A stretch of DNA of 64,000 nucleotides from Octopus sinensis (lineage: Eukaryota): positions 54,188,001 through 54,252,000 of the forward strand of contig NC_043008.1 of assembly GCF_006345805.1 (NCBI RefSeq). Direction: 5' to 3'. A program made the translations under genes and the position numbers. The notes under the pieces are model-generated. The model searched no databases, had not been told where the DNA came from, and worked only from the letters and a program-made list of their open reading frames with translations. Position 1 is the stretch's first letter. Each line of letters starts with the position of its first letter. Below are positions 41,858 to 54,640 of this stretch, in pieces.

Positions 41858-41902
41858 GGCCAAAGTTCTTTCGTCACACTCCTGTGACCGCATCAGTGGT
41901 CC
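41858..41902 (-). ncRNA. Minimal type I hammerhead-ribozyme-like motif, variant core
   Basis: GGACCA CUGAUGCG GUCACA-GGAG-UGUGAC GAAA G-AA-CUU / UGGCC: 6-bp helix II, near-palindromic helix III, helix I formable. Confidence 0.6.
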
Positions 41903-42258
41903 TTTGTTTTCTTCTCACTTACTTGTGTCTCTCCTTACTAACCGTCAGCCATTTTGTATTTCTATTGTATGTCTTCATTTGCGCATGCTTATATCTCTAT
42001 GTGCGTCTATGTTTATTTAGTGTGTGTGGGGGGGGGGGATGCCTGTAATATTTCTATCTTCTGTTTATATACATTCTTGTAATTTGTATTTTGTTTTTGT
42101 TGTTGTTGCTTTTGTTAAAATTTTGTTCATGTGTTTACATCCACCCATTATTATCATTACATATGCTTGTATGTATGTATAACAACAATATTAGTAATAA
42201 TAATAATAAATCTAATCGAAAAAAATCGAAAAAAATCGAAAAAAAAAAAAAAATAATA

Positions 42259-42315
<57 letters not shown>

Positions 42316-42330
42316 CACACATATATACAC

Positions 42331-42377
<47 letters not shown>

Positions 42378-42449
42378 CATATATATAGTTATTCATTTCT
42401 ATTTCTTTAATTATCTGTGTATTTATTATGTTTGCAGGATCCACTATCG

Positions 42450-44636
42450 TCATATGTTGTGGTGTGTGCTATTGCTCCATTCTAGTTTTCTATTCAGGCT
42501 AGGTTTATTTTCTATTATATGTGTAGCTTCTGTAATTTGTCTAATTGTTGCATCTGTTCTATGTGTGGACAATATCTTAATCTCTATGTTATTGATTGAT
42601 CCCCCGTGTTCTTGTTCGGCGTGTTGGTACAGAATCGATGAGCTTTTACCTTCCTTGAGTTGTCTCCAATGTTCATTCACCCGCTCTCCAATGCTTCTTG
42701 CTGTTTCCCCTACGTATGTTACTGTCTTGTTACTGCATCGTCCCTCTATACATCTTATACTATAGACCACATTTCTGGCTTTACAGTTTGTTTGTGGGCT
42801 AAATCTACATACAGTGCAATAGTTATCCGTACAGAGAGTTCTACTAAAAGGATAGGTTCTACCAATTATAGATCTGATAGGGTTGCCTGGCTTTTCAACA
42901 ACCTTAATTCTTAGTTTAAGTTTATCTAGGGTCCTTCTAAATCGGTACGCCAGTTGGCCTTCCCTATTTTCTTTTTTGTCCTTTCTATAGTGTTCCATGA
43001 CTTGTTCCTATAGATTGGGCAAATCCCATTCCTATCATTACATAATATATTATCAAATTTCTTCATGGCTCCTTTGTATACTCTGATCCTTTCTTTATGG
43101 CTGTAACCTGAGAACTGCATGCGGTGAATGAAATACTGTATGTGTCTCTTTAATTCTGTAGGCTCGCACATGCGTGACACATTTCTCATTATTCTGACGA
43201 GGTCTGCCATCAAAATATTGAATTTGGCATTGCCCGCAATGGCTGAGTTCCGGTGGATCAGGCATTTTGAGGCCATAGGTTTTGCATAGTATGAATGAAG
43301 GATTTGGGTTTTTTTTTCACAATTTCTAGCCAGAGTTCAGTGTCTAGTACTGGTAGTCTATGGTTGGGGTGTTTAGTGAGGTAGTCTATTGTGACCTTAT
43401 ACTCTGGTGGATGGAGTTAGCTATTTGCTGGATGCTCTCCATAGTATTAGTTTCTATTACTATATCAACATTACTCTCTTGTGGGGGTGCCTTTACTACT
43501 ATATTGATATCATCAACATAGCGAGAGTACATGTTTACGAGTATGGATTTCTGCAGTAGGCATTCTTTAAGCCTTCTGTCCCACCATACCATGAAGAGGT
43601 TGGCCACATCACCAGCGATACTAACACCGATGGCTGCCCCCTCGTCCTGGGCATATATTTTATTATTAAATTTAAATGTGTGGCCTTTTAGGGTAACTCT
43701 TATACTAGTGCATGTGCGATCATTTTCTTTACCTGATGGACATTTGCGGGGCTCCGTATGGCTCTGGTCCATCGCGCCATCTTTCTATATGTGTCTTCCT
43801 AGCCATAGAAGTAATTGTAGGCGGTCTACCTCTTAAACATCTACTGGGGCAGAAACTACTAAGATTATGTTTATCTAAGTATTCACTATTATATGTCAGT
43901 CTAAGTAGGAGGCCCAGTTCTTCTGTGTCGACATTACAGAACTCCACCTGGCTCTCGTTGATCATCTCCACGCACTTCTCCACTGCAAAATCTACGTCAA
44001 TCGATGGGTATAGGGATACCACATCCATGCTACCTACTATACATCCTGTCAAGTCACAAGTTTTGTTACAGTCACTGATCCTGCTTAGGAGATCTTTTGT
44101 GCTGTCACACACATCAGGTGACATCCTGATTATAGGGCGTATGATCATTGAGAGGAAGTAGGAGATTCTGTAATTGCTAGCGATATTCGCTCCACAGACT
44201 GGTCTTGTTGGTGGTCCTGCTATAGGGTCAGTAAAACCTTTATGGTCCTTGCGAAGTCCATACAGTGCCGGGATATCATTGTTCCAGGCTTGGAAATTCT
44301 TTGCAGTACGTTTCTGAGGTCCCAGAACAATTGTCCACATCATCATGTGGGCATTGAGGACCTTTTCTCTCTCTCTCTCTCCTCATGCGCCTGTACAGTT
44401 GTTACTTTTGTATTGGCGATATGAGGTTGCATTGCCTGGATGTAGTTTGGTAAGCTGTCTATTGACATCCTGCCGGACTTATCTGTGGGAAGGCATACCA
44501 CCTCTCCGTTCCTCGTGCGCTGAATGAGCTTCTGTAGGCCACATGCAGGTTTAATCCCGAGTTGTTGGGCATCTGTCTTATTCTGTCTCTGTTTCTTAAT
44601 GTATAATCCTAAAATCTGTCTAAGTTTGGTCCTAGC
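42450..44636 (-). pseudogene. Penelope-like RT + C-terminal GIY-YIG endonuclease, 5'-truncated, at least 5 frameshifts or deletions
   Basis: PTDKSGR; IPALYGLRKDHK...PPTRPV; GSMDVVSLYPSID; GAAIGVSIAGDVANLFM; YSRYVDD; LPVLDTELW; HSYYAKPMAS; CxxxxCxxC...VVYSIRC...TYVGETARSIGERVNEH. Confidence 0.92.
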
Positions 44637-44748
44637 TAAGATTAATGTAAAAAATAAATATCACTGAAGCAAAATAACACCAAATATATAGTGCGTGTGT
44701 TTTTATTGGCTAAACTGGCAATATGACCATTCCGAAATATAACAATAT
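44637..44748. repeat. Inverted repeat arm 2, joined directly to the truncated RT ORF
   Basis: See arm 1. Confidence 0.95.
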
Positions 44749-44761
44749 GTATATATAATAT

Positions 44762-44794
<33 letters not shown>

Positions 44795-44806
44795 ATATAT
44801 GTATAT

Positions 44807-44838
<32 letters not shown>

Positions 44839-44843
44839 ATATA

Positions 44844-44885
<42 letters not shown>

Positions 44886-44894
44886 TATATATAC

Positions 44895-45230
44895 GTGGCA
44901 GGGCTGTGTGGTGAGAGGTTTGCTTCCCAACTATTTTTTTCCGGGTTCCGTCCCATTGGATGACACATTGGGAAGGCGTCTTCTGCTATACCCACGAGTA
45001 GACCAAAGCCTTGCGTGAGGTTGGTAGAGGGGAAACTGAAAGAAGCCAGTCGTACATATGTACGTATGTGTGGGTGTCTTTGTGTATGCGTTTGCCCACC
45101 ACTGCCACCGTTTGACGACCGGTGTTGGTGTGCTTACGTCCCCGTACCTTAACAGTTCGGCAAAAGAGACTGATAGGATAAGAACCAGGCTTTAAAATAA
45201 AATAGGTACCGGGATCGATTCGATCATGTA
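44895..45230 (+). mobile_element. SINE family B, diverged
   Basis: Family match. Confidence 0.75.
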
Positions 45231-45561
45231 GTGTCATGGGCAAAAAAATTTGTTAACTTTTTGCCTAGGGCGAGCCCACAGCAATATCATATCTTCTCCA
45301 CTATTTCAGTATTACGTGTCAAAAGTGAAACAAAAACATCTCTATATTGTAATATCAGATGCTTTCACTTTAATACTTTCACTTTAATACTGAAACTATT
45401 AAAGTGAAACTATTATATAACAGGGATGAACTGTAACTGGACATCCATTATGCTAGAAGATCCGCTATGGTCTTATATGCTACACCACTGGTTTTAAATT
45501 CATATTAATCAAATTAATATTCAATCTTTCACCGTTATTATTTTAAATTTGAATTTACATG

Positions 45562-45630
<69 letters not shown>

Positions 45631-45649
45631 GATGTATGTATGTATATAT

Positions 45650-45733
<84 letters not shown>

Positions 45734-45779
45734 AAGATAGATAGATAGATGGATAGAAAGATACAGATACAGATATATA

Positions 45780-46212
45780 CCAGGCTGAGTAAAAGGTAAA
45801 CAACGTTTTGAAACATGAAATTCACCACAATATATTTCAACAATGCGGAAATTTTATTCATCAAAGTAAGTACCATTACAATCAACACATTTTTGCCAAC
45901 GAGTTACAAGCTTGTTTATTCCGGTAACATAAAAATCTGGAGTTCTGGAGCTGATGAACTCTTTGAACACACTTTCAGCATTGGTTTGAATTTTGAACTC
46001 CTCTCTCAGGAAACCATCAAGGTGCTTGAAAAAGTGGTAGTCGGTAAGAGAAAAGACTGGGGAATAGGCTGGGTGGGAAGAACTTCGTAGCCAAATTCCC
46101 TTAACTCCTGGAGCATCGTTAGTGAAACGTGTGGTCGAGCATTGTCGTGGAGAATGTTTGGCCCTCTTCTGTTGACTAGTCTGGGGCGGAGGAGTAGCAG
46201 ATTTTCGTTCAT
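45780..46212 (-). mobile_element. mariner (D34D) transposon, 3' part, one-base frameshift
   Basis: LHDNARPHVS...LP(H)PAYSPVFSLTDYHFF...[15 protein letters not shown]; 34 residues between the last two catalytic Asp after correcting the frameshift; TA at 45778-45779 precedes the terminus CCAGGCTGAGTAAAA. Confidence 0.92.
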
Positions 46213-46332
46213 TCTGGCAAAAAAGGGAGAGATATATACATACCGGTTTACTACCTCCCATTTTGAAGGGTATGCGTTTGCAATCCAAGAACAGGAAATA
46301 AACAAATACCTACTGTATGTACATCGGATTTT

Positions 46333-46386
<54 letters not shown>

Positions 46387-46412
46387 ATATATATAAGTAT
46401 ATACACACATTT

Positions 46413-46717
46413 GTGAAGGCACATGGCTCAGTGGTTAGAGCGTTGAGCTTACGATCGTGAGGTTGTGAGTTCGTTCCCTGACCGGTCTGCGTGTTGTGTT
46501 CTTGAGCAAGACACTTTATTTCACGTTCCCCAGTTAATTCAGCTGTAGAAATGGTGCCAAGCTGTATCGGCCTTTGCCTTTCCCTTGGATAACATCAGTG
46601 GTGTGGAGAGGGGAGGCCGGACTGCTGGTCTTCCATAAACAACCTTGCCTGGACTTTGCCTCGGGGGTAACTTTCTAAGAGCAATCCCATGGTCAGTCAT
46701 GACCTAAGGGGGTCTCC
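46413..46717 (+). mobile_element. SINE family C
   Basis: tRNA-like head GTGAAGGCACATGGCTCAGTGGTTAGAGC; family tail. Confidence 0.85.
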
Positions 46718-46930
46718 AAAAAACATGCATATATATGTATAAGTTTATATCATGTACATACATATGTGCGTGTGTATGAATGTGTGTGTGTGAGTGTGTG
46801 AGTATATGTATAACTTTATATTATGTATATATATTTATATATGTATGTATACACACACGCACACACACATAACATGTATGTATATATATATGTACATATA
46901 TATGAGTGTGTGCGTGTGTGTGTGTGTGTA

Positions 46931-46970
<40 letters not shown>

Positions 46971-47346
46971 TGTGTGTGTACGTACTATTATCTGACACCT
47001 TATCAGAAATTAGAATGGTTAGTCTAGATAAAACATATCACCTCGTTGTCCTAAATTTGTTCCAACTTAATTCAGCACACACACAACCATTAAACTACGA
47101 AATTAGGCTTAATGTATCATTCTGACGCTAATTAAATAAATAATGATTACTTTTCATCAAATCTGTAATTTTCAATACAATTCCGATTTATCAAGGCTGT
47201 TTTTTTTATTCTTTTTATTCATTTATTTGTTTTCTTTGTAATTTTAAATTTTAAAATGATAAAACTGTTGTTTACATAAATTGCGAGCTGAGACTAATGG
47301 AAACTGAGTGTGAATATATATATGTGTGTGTATGTGTGTGTGTGTG

Positions 47347-47391
<45 letters not shown>

Positions 47392-47469
47392 ATATTATAT
47401 ATATATAATATATATATATATATATAATATATATATATATAATATATACAGGTATAAAATATATATATA

Positions 47470-48003
47470 TATATAGTGTACGTATGAATACGTATATAGA
47501 TTTGAATATATGCATATATATATGTATACATGTATATATATATATGTGTGTGTGTGTGTGTATATATATATTGTGTGTGTATGTATATGTATATGATATA
47601 TGCTTGTATGTATATATGTATGTGTGTATGCATGTAGGCATATATGTATGTATACATATGTACATATATATATATATATATATTAAATATGTGTGTGTAT
47701 GTGTGTGCGTGTGTGAATATGTGTGTATGTTTTAGTTTGTGTCTGTGTCTGTGTTTGTGTGTATGTGTATGTAAGTACGAAGATGTGTTTTGTATGTGTG
47801 TATGTTTACATTATGTATATGTATGTATACATAATGGGTGTGTGTGTGTGTGTTGAAAATCGGAATAAAAATTGAAATTTCAACAACGTTTGCTTTTGGG
47901 GTTTCTTGGTTTGTTTGTCTGTTGTTTGGGGAAGTTTTTCTTCAGTTTATTTCAAATCTTAGATGTTTTCATTTTTTTTTTTACCTGAGGTAGAGGAGAT
48001 CGA

Positions 48004-48038
<35 letters not shown>

Positions 48039-48049
48039 GATATATATAT

Positions 48050-48089
<40 letters not shown>

Positions 48090-48510
48090 ACGTACATACA
48101 TACTTACATACATACATACATACAATTAGATCTTCTTGGTTGGTGATTACATTTATAAAAACATCTCAGTTTTAAGATAATCTGTTGATAAAAACTTCAC
48201 AAAGAAATTGTTGTAATTTCAATTTTTGTCTCTGCAATATACACGCCACACGAACACACACACATGCACATATATATATATATATATATAATATAATATA
48301 TATATATATATATAATATATTCACACTCGTTCTCCATTAGTCACAGATTTGGTATTTATGTAAACAACACAGTTTTATCAATTTTGAGCTTAAAAATACC
48401 AAAAAATATCAGAAAAAGTAAAATATCGACAAATCAGAACTCCGACGCATATATAAACATATATAAACATATATATATATATATACCTATATTTATATAT
48501 ATATATATAG

Positions 48511-48605
<95 letters not shown>

Positions 48606-48662
48606 GTGTACGTATGAATACGTATATAGATTTGAATATATGCATATATATATGTATACATG

Positions 48663-48693
<31 letters not shown>

Positions 48694-49135
48694 ATATATA
48701 TAGTGTGTGTGTATGTATATGTATATGATATATGCTTGTATGTATATATGTATGTGTGTATGCATGTAGGCATATATGTATGTATACATATGTACATATA
48801 TATATATATATATATATAAATATGTGTGTGTATGTGTGTGCGTGTGTGAATATGTGTGTATGTTTTAGTTTGTGTCTGTGTCTGTGTTTGTGTGTATGTG
48901 TATGTAAGTACGAAGATGTGTTTTGTATGTGTGTATGTTTACATATGTATATGTATGTATACATAATGGGTGTGTGTGTGTGTGTTGAAAATCGGAATAA
49001 AAATTGAAATTTCAACAACGTTTGCTTTTGGGGTTTCTTGGTTTGTTTGTCTGTTGTTTGGGGAAGTTTTTCTTCAGTTTATTTCAAATCTTAGATGTTT
49101 TCATTTTTTTTTTTACCTGAGGTAGAGGAGATCGA

Positions 49136-49201
<66 letters not shown>

Positions 49202-49399
49202 ACGTACATACATACTTACATACATACATACATACAATTAGATCTTCTTGGTTGGTGATTACATTTATAAAAACATCTCAGTTTTAAGATAATCTGTTGA
49301 TAAAAACTTCACAAAGAAATTGTTGTAATTTCAATTTTTGTCTCTGCAATATACACGCCACACGAACACACACACATGCGCATATATATATATATAATA

Positions 49400-49454
<55 letters not shown>

Positions 49455-49599
49455 CACTCGTTCTCCATTAGTCACAGATTTGGTATTTATGTAAACAACA
49501 CAGTTTTATCAATTTTGAGCTTAAAAATACCAAAAAATATCAGAAAAAGTAAAATATCGACAAATCAGAACTCCAACGCATATATAAACATATATATAT

Positions 49600-49630
<31 letters not shown>

Positions 49631-49634
49631 CCTA

Positions 49635-49670
<36 letters not shown>
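47470..49670. repeat. Tandem duplication, period about 1130 bp, near-identical units
   Basis: Anchors at 47471/48601 and 48421/49552; only scattered substitutions and microsatellite length differences. Confidence 0.92.
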
Positions 49671-49676
<6 letters not shown>

Positions 49677-50424
49677 TAGATAGATATGTATGTACCAAGT
49701 GTTTATAGTGAAAGCGTCACAGGATATGAATGAAATTAAATCCGGAAGTGATTAAAGTGAAATGGTATTTTCCAGCCAAAAGAGTGGTGGGGTTGGCTTT
49801 TTTTTCTGACAAGAGAGATATTGTGCGTCTCCGTATATATATATTATGTGTGTATCAAAAAGTAAATGGAGTTTAAGTGCTAGAGTATGTTCTGTTTTTC
49901 TCTGTATGTTCATCTAGGTAACTGTGTATGGCTGTGTAAGGCAATGGATTGGCATGTTCTGTGTACTAGTGTTTTTTTCGGGTAAAGTGAATGAAACTTA
50001 ATAGTATGTGTGAGTGAATGTGAGTCCCTATATGTTTATATGTGAGTGTGTGTGTGTATGTGTGTGTTTGTGTGTGTATGTGTGTGTGTGTATGTGTGTA
50101 TGTGTGTGTGTCTTTGTGTGCGTATGTGGAGACGGAGAAGGTTGTGAAGTTGAAGGTTTGGATAGTAAGCAGCGTTACAAAAGAAAAGCAATGTGATTGG
50201 TTATTCTAGTTATGTGAGACGTGTATAGGTGGAACATAAGTTACTGTTCACTGTGCAAACGTGAGGTACTCGGTTTCTGATATATTCAACATCGCTGATG
50301 GAGAGATGCGGGGAGGTGAGGCCATGGGAATTAAATTGACAATGTACAAAAAAATTATCTGAAGTTATTACGTTGGGCATCTAAAAAGTACTAATATAAT
50401 CTGCCTATCTTCCACCAGTTTCTT

Positions 50425-50820
50425 ATTTCCTTATTGCCCACAAGGGGCTAAACATAAAGGGGACAAACAAGGACAAAGGGATTGAATCAATTACATCGAC
50501 TCCAGTGTGTAAGTGGTACTTAATTTATTGATCCCGAAAGGATGAAAGGCAAAGTCGACCTCGGAACGTAACGACAGACGAAATACCTATTTCTTTACTA
50601 CCCACAAGGGGCTAAACATAGAGGGGATAAACAAGGACAGACAAAGGTATTAAGTCGATTATATCGACCACAGTGCGTAACTGGTACTTAATTTATTGAC
50701 CCCGAAAGGATGAAAGGCAAAGTCGACCTCGGCAGAGTTTGAACTCAGAACGTAGCGGCAGACGAAATACCGCTAAGCATTTCGCCCGGCGTGCTAATGT
50801 TTCCGCCAGCTCGCCACCAG
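50425..50820 (-). mobile_element. Two tandem SINE family A units
   Basis: Family match; junction AAAGAAATA|GGTATTTCGTC on the minus strand. Confidence 0.85.
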
Positions 50821-51185
50821 TTTCTATAATATACAAGCCACAAAACCAATCTTTAATTCAGTAATTAACTTGCTTGAAGGCATTGGGAAAACGGTTAGGG
50901 GCGTGGAATAAGTTAGGTCAACATTATTTAGGTGAGAGTACCAGTTTTGCAGCGGGAGCAAATGTAACAGAAAGATCTAAATTGTTTAGTGAAGGAAGAA
51001 AAGCTTTGAACCAGAAAGTCACGGAAATCGCTCTAGTGTCTGAAAGAATAGAAAAGGTGTCCTGGGAAGACATGAGAATTACATGAGAGATAAAATGGGA
51101 GTACCACAGAATGTGTATTTGAGTGGATAATGAGGCATGGTGTAAAGTGTGGGGAAATGAAAGGCAGTTGCTGGTAGGGTGAATA

Positions 51186-51416
51186 AGGCGGCGAGCTGGC
51201 AGAATCGTTAGCACGCTGAGCCTAACGCTTAGCGTATTTCGCCTGTCGCTACGTTCTGAGTTCAAATTCCGCAGAGGTCGACTTTGCCTTTCATCCTTTC
51301 GAGGTCGATAAATTAAGTACCAGTTACGCACTGGGGTCGATGTAATCGACTTAATACCTATGTCCGTCCTTGTTTGTCCCCTCTGTGTTTAGCCCCTTGT
51401 GAGTAGTAAAGAAACA
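51186..51416 (+). mobile_element. SINE family A, full length, 13-bp TSD GGTAGGGTGAATA
   Basis: TSD at 51173-51185 and 51417-51429. Confidence 0.92.
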
Positions 51417-52204
51417 GGTAGGGTGAATATGGGACATGCTGACGAAGATGCAGTCCAAAGAGGGGGAACAAAGCCAGGCGTCAGCGGCTGTTTGAGTGCA
51501 ACTAGATCGTGTAATATAGCGTGTAATATATAAAGAAGAATGACAACATCAACAAGAGGTTATGTTGTATATAACAAAATATAACTAGTTTTGACAATAG
51601 GTTAACATCTCCTTTATGACCCGGTATTATTTTCCGTTAAGATAACAAAAGGTTAAGTTTGTTTCTATTATAGAAATAACATGATGTCCATCGTAATGGG
51701 AAACAACCAATCATATTTTTCATTTCCTCGGTGTCATAAAATAGGTTTTGATGTAAGGAAATGAAACGATGATATACGCTTGAAAAAATATATATGAATA
51801 TATGATCAGATAACAAAATTTGTAAAATACAACAAACTCGTACGTCATTTAAAAACGTGGCTCTTAACATTCCAAGCGAAAGCAAAAAAAAAATTATTAT
51901 TACAAAAGTGAAAAACGGAAACTGGAATCCAAGTAAAGCCGTGAGGGGTTTTGTTGGCAAAAGAAAACAGTTAATAAAATTTCCAACATAAAATAAATTC
52001 TGATGTTTATCGCCAGGATAACTGGAATTTTCTTTTTTTTCCTTTTGTTGCTTGTCTAATAGTTGTTTACTATCGAAATGTTGTCATCTCCAACCGAGGC
52101 TCGTTTGCTTGAATGACATTTAAGAACACCTTTCTACTCTTCAAAGTATTTTATGCTTGTTAAGTGGTCCCTCTAAAAATGAACATTTATTTATTTTAAT
52201 ACTG

Positions 52205-52259
<55 letters not shown>

Positions 52260-52264
<5 letters not shown>

Positions 52265-52475
52265 AGAGTTTACGAAAAAACAAAAGACGAAGACAGGTGG
52301 TGTACAAAATAAACAGATGTATTAGTATAACGCTCAGGAATAGAAAAAGTCTTTTACGTTTCGAGCCTACGCTCTTCTACAGTAAGGGACACAGAAAAAA
52401 AAACAAGGAGAGAAACAAGGAGAGAAAAAATGTGTATAGTGGCTAACGATCTATCATGGCGCTGACTCGGACAGC

Positions 52476-52476
<1 letters not shown>
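52260..52476 (-). mobile_element. pLTR-like family P2 fragment within (TA)n, with a hammerhead-like motif
   Basis: Homologous to 23388-23580; (TA)n on both sides. Confidence 0.65.
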
Positions 52477-52508
<32 letters not shown>

Positions 52509-52567
52509 TATATATACAGTAGTACCTCGGTTTTCGAATAACTCTAATCACAAATAAATCGTGCTTT

Positions 52568-52712
52568 CATCTGAGTTCAAGTACCACCGAGATCGACTTT
52601 GCGTTTCATCATTTCGGTGTCGATAAATTAAGTACTAGCTGCGTACTGGGGTCGATCTAATCGACTGGCCCCTTCCTCCGAAATTTCGGGCCTTTTGCCT
52701 TGAGTAGAAAAG
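52568..52712 (+). mobile_element. 5'-truncated SINE A (tail 2) with 15-bp TSD AATAAATCGTGCTTT, just downstream of a pogo/Tigger-like terminus (TA|CAGTAGTACCTCGGTTTTCG at 52517)
   Basis: TSD at 52553-52567 and 52713-52727. Confidence 0.8.
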
Positions 52713-52723
52713 AATAAATCGTG

Positions 52724-52770
<47 letters not shown>

Positions 52771-52775
52771 ATATA

Positions 52776-52840
<65 letters not shown>

Positions 52841-54245
52841 GAGAGATAATAGTGTCATTGAGATCCAAAGGTGTCAGGTAATGCTGAATAAGTGCTATAG
52901 ACAGACCATAGTTAAGTTCCAGGTTCGGTAATATTGCGAATAAAGGGTTCAACGTTGGTCATATGTCAGCATGTGTATATAAAAAATTTTTTTCGTAATG
53001 AGATAAAAAAATTTTTTCAATACGAAAAAAAAATTTTTATATATTTTGTATGTATGTATGTATGTATGTATGTATGTATGTATGTATGTATGCACGTATA
53101 TGTATGTATATAAGGCACGGTTTATTCAGTTTGTACGTCTTAAGTTCGTAACTGCTGCTGGTTATTCACCAAGTAATTTAGACGATACACGTGATTTTAT
53201 TCGCCTTGGTTCTATGACTGATGCAATGGGTGAGCACTAGTTACGTAATTATTTAGATTATTATTTTAGATAAGTCACCGTCCTATCCAGTATGAGAAAA
53301 ATCTCCCGTCTGCAAAACCCCAAGAAACCAAACTCTATCTGGGAGTTTACAAGAGCCGTCCTCGTAAACGTACCTAATGTCAAAGGAAACACTTTCAACA
53401 TAACATTTACTGGAAGACGGCGGGCTGGCAGAATCGTTAGAACGCCAGGCAAAATGCTTAGCGGCATTTCGTCTGTCATTACGTACTAAGTTCAAATTCT
53501 GTCGAGGTTGACTTTACCTTTCATCCTTTCTGGGTTGATAAATTAAGAACCAGTTGAGCATTGGGGTCGACGTAATCGATTTACCCCTCCCCCAAAGTTT
53601 CTGGCTCCGAGCCAAAATTTGAAATCAATATTACATTAAATGGAATACGGTGAGCAGGCAGAATCGTTACCGCACTGGGCAAAATGCTTAGCAGCACTTC
53701 GTCTGTCTTTACATTCTGAGTTCAGATTCTGACGAGGTCGACTTTGCTTTTCATCTTTTCAGGGTCAATAAGATAAATACCAGTTGAGTACTGGTTAACC
53801 AGCCTTAGAATCATAGCGTTCCAGCTATGACTACCCAATCTTATTTTCAGAAAACATTCCGCGTATTGTATTAATCTAATATGTCCTTAGTTTTTGAAGA
53901 TGGTAGAAAGTATGGTTTGAGAGAAATTTGACTGCTGTTTGTGGCGGATCGAGCGACCGTGTAGAAGCTCCGATTACAGCCCTTTTTTATATTCTAAATT
54001 TCAGTATTACCGCGATCAACGTTGCCTTTCATCCCCACCCTCCCACCCCACTTCCGCGAGATCAATAAAATAAAGTACCAATCAAGTACTGGACTCAATT
54101 GAATCCTTTATATCAGTAGTTCCCGATCTATTTTTTCCTCTGCACCCCTAGGAAATGTTCGATTAATTTTCGCATCCCCTATGAAAATAATACTACATTG
54201 GAAGAGAAGAAGTTAATATTCAAATAATTTACTTAATTATGACAC

Positions 54246-54640
54246 ACTAGCAGTATCGCCCGACGTTGCTCGGGTTTGTTTTGACCCTATACAATTGGAA
54301 TTTCTGAAAAGTATAAATTTAGCATTATGTAGCTTGTTATTCTCTTTAAGTGAACATTTTTCTGGTTGAAATACACCGAAAAATGGTGACACAGCAGTCA
54401 AAAAATCGTAAAAAATAGGGATTTTCATAGAAAAAAAAGAACCTTTTTGATGTAAATAAATTTTGGTGTTAACATGGTCCGATTTGAATTTTTTCTCCTA
54501 CGAAAGGAAGAGCAAGCCTTCTTCTATCCTACTCTCAATTTTGGTCAACTTGCGCCGCGGGCTCTCGGAGGAGATAGTGTTACTTGAAGACTACCAAACC
54601 TGCCACACACAGACATCTTCAGCTTTATATATAGAGAGAT
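54246..54640 (+). mobile_element. HINE/Lep1-type non-autonomous element, copy 2
   Basis: Collinear with 26200-26609. Confidence 0.7.

Larger units (their letters stand above)
41690..44748 (-). mobile_element. Penelope-like retroelement: 3' pseudo-LTR, RT/GIY-YIG ORF and inverted partial pLTR at the truncated 5' end, embedded in (TA)n
   Basis: PLE protein motifs, a 112-nt perfect inverted repeat, a hammerhead-like motif, and (TA)n on both flanks. Confidence 0.88.

Noticed and set aside
42450-44636. Possible selenocysteine (in-frame UGA) recoding, as in some Naiad-type PLEs
   Set aside because: The breaks I examined are frameshifts or deletions, and the Cys motifs before the GIY-YIG domain are encoded as Cys, not UGA
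50870-51520. Possible L2/Jockey-like LINE 3' remnant interrupted by the SINE at 51186
   Set aside because: Similarity too degraded to call with confidence
53270-53369. Possible exon ISHRPIQYEKNLPSAKPQETKLYLGVYKSRPRK
   Set aside because: Weak donor (GTACCT) and isolated among SINE fragments
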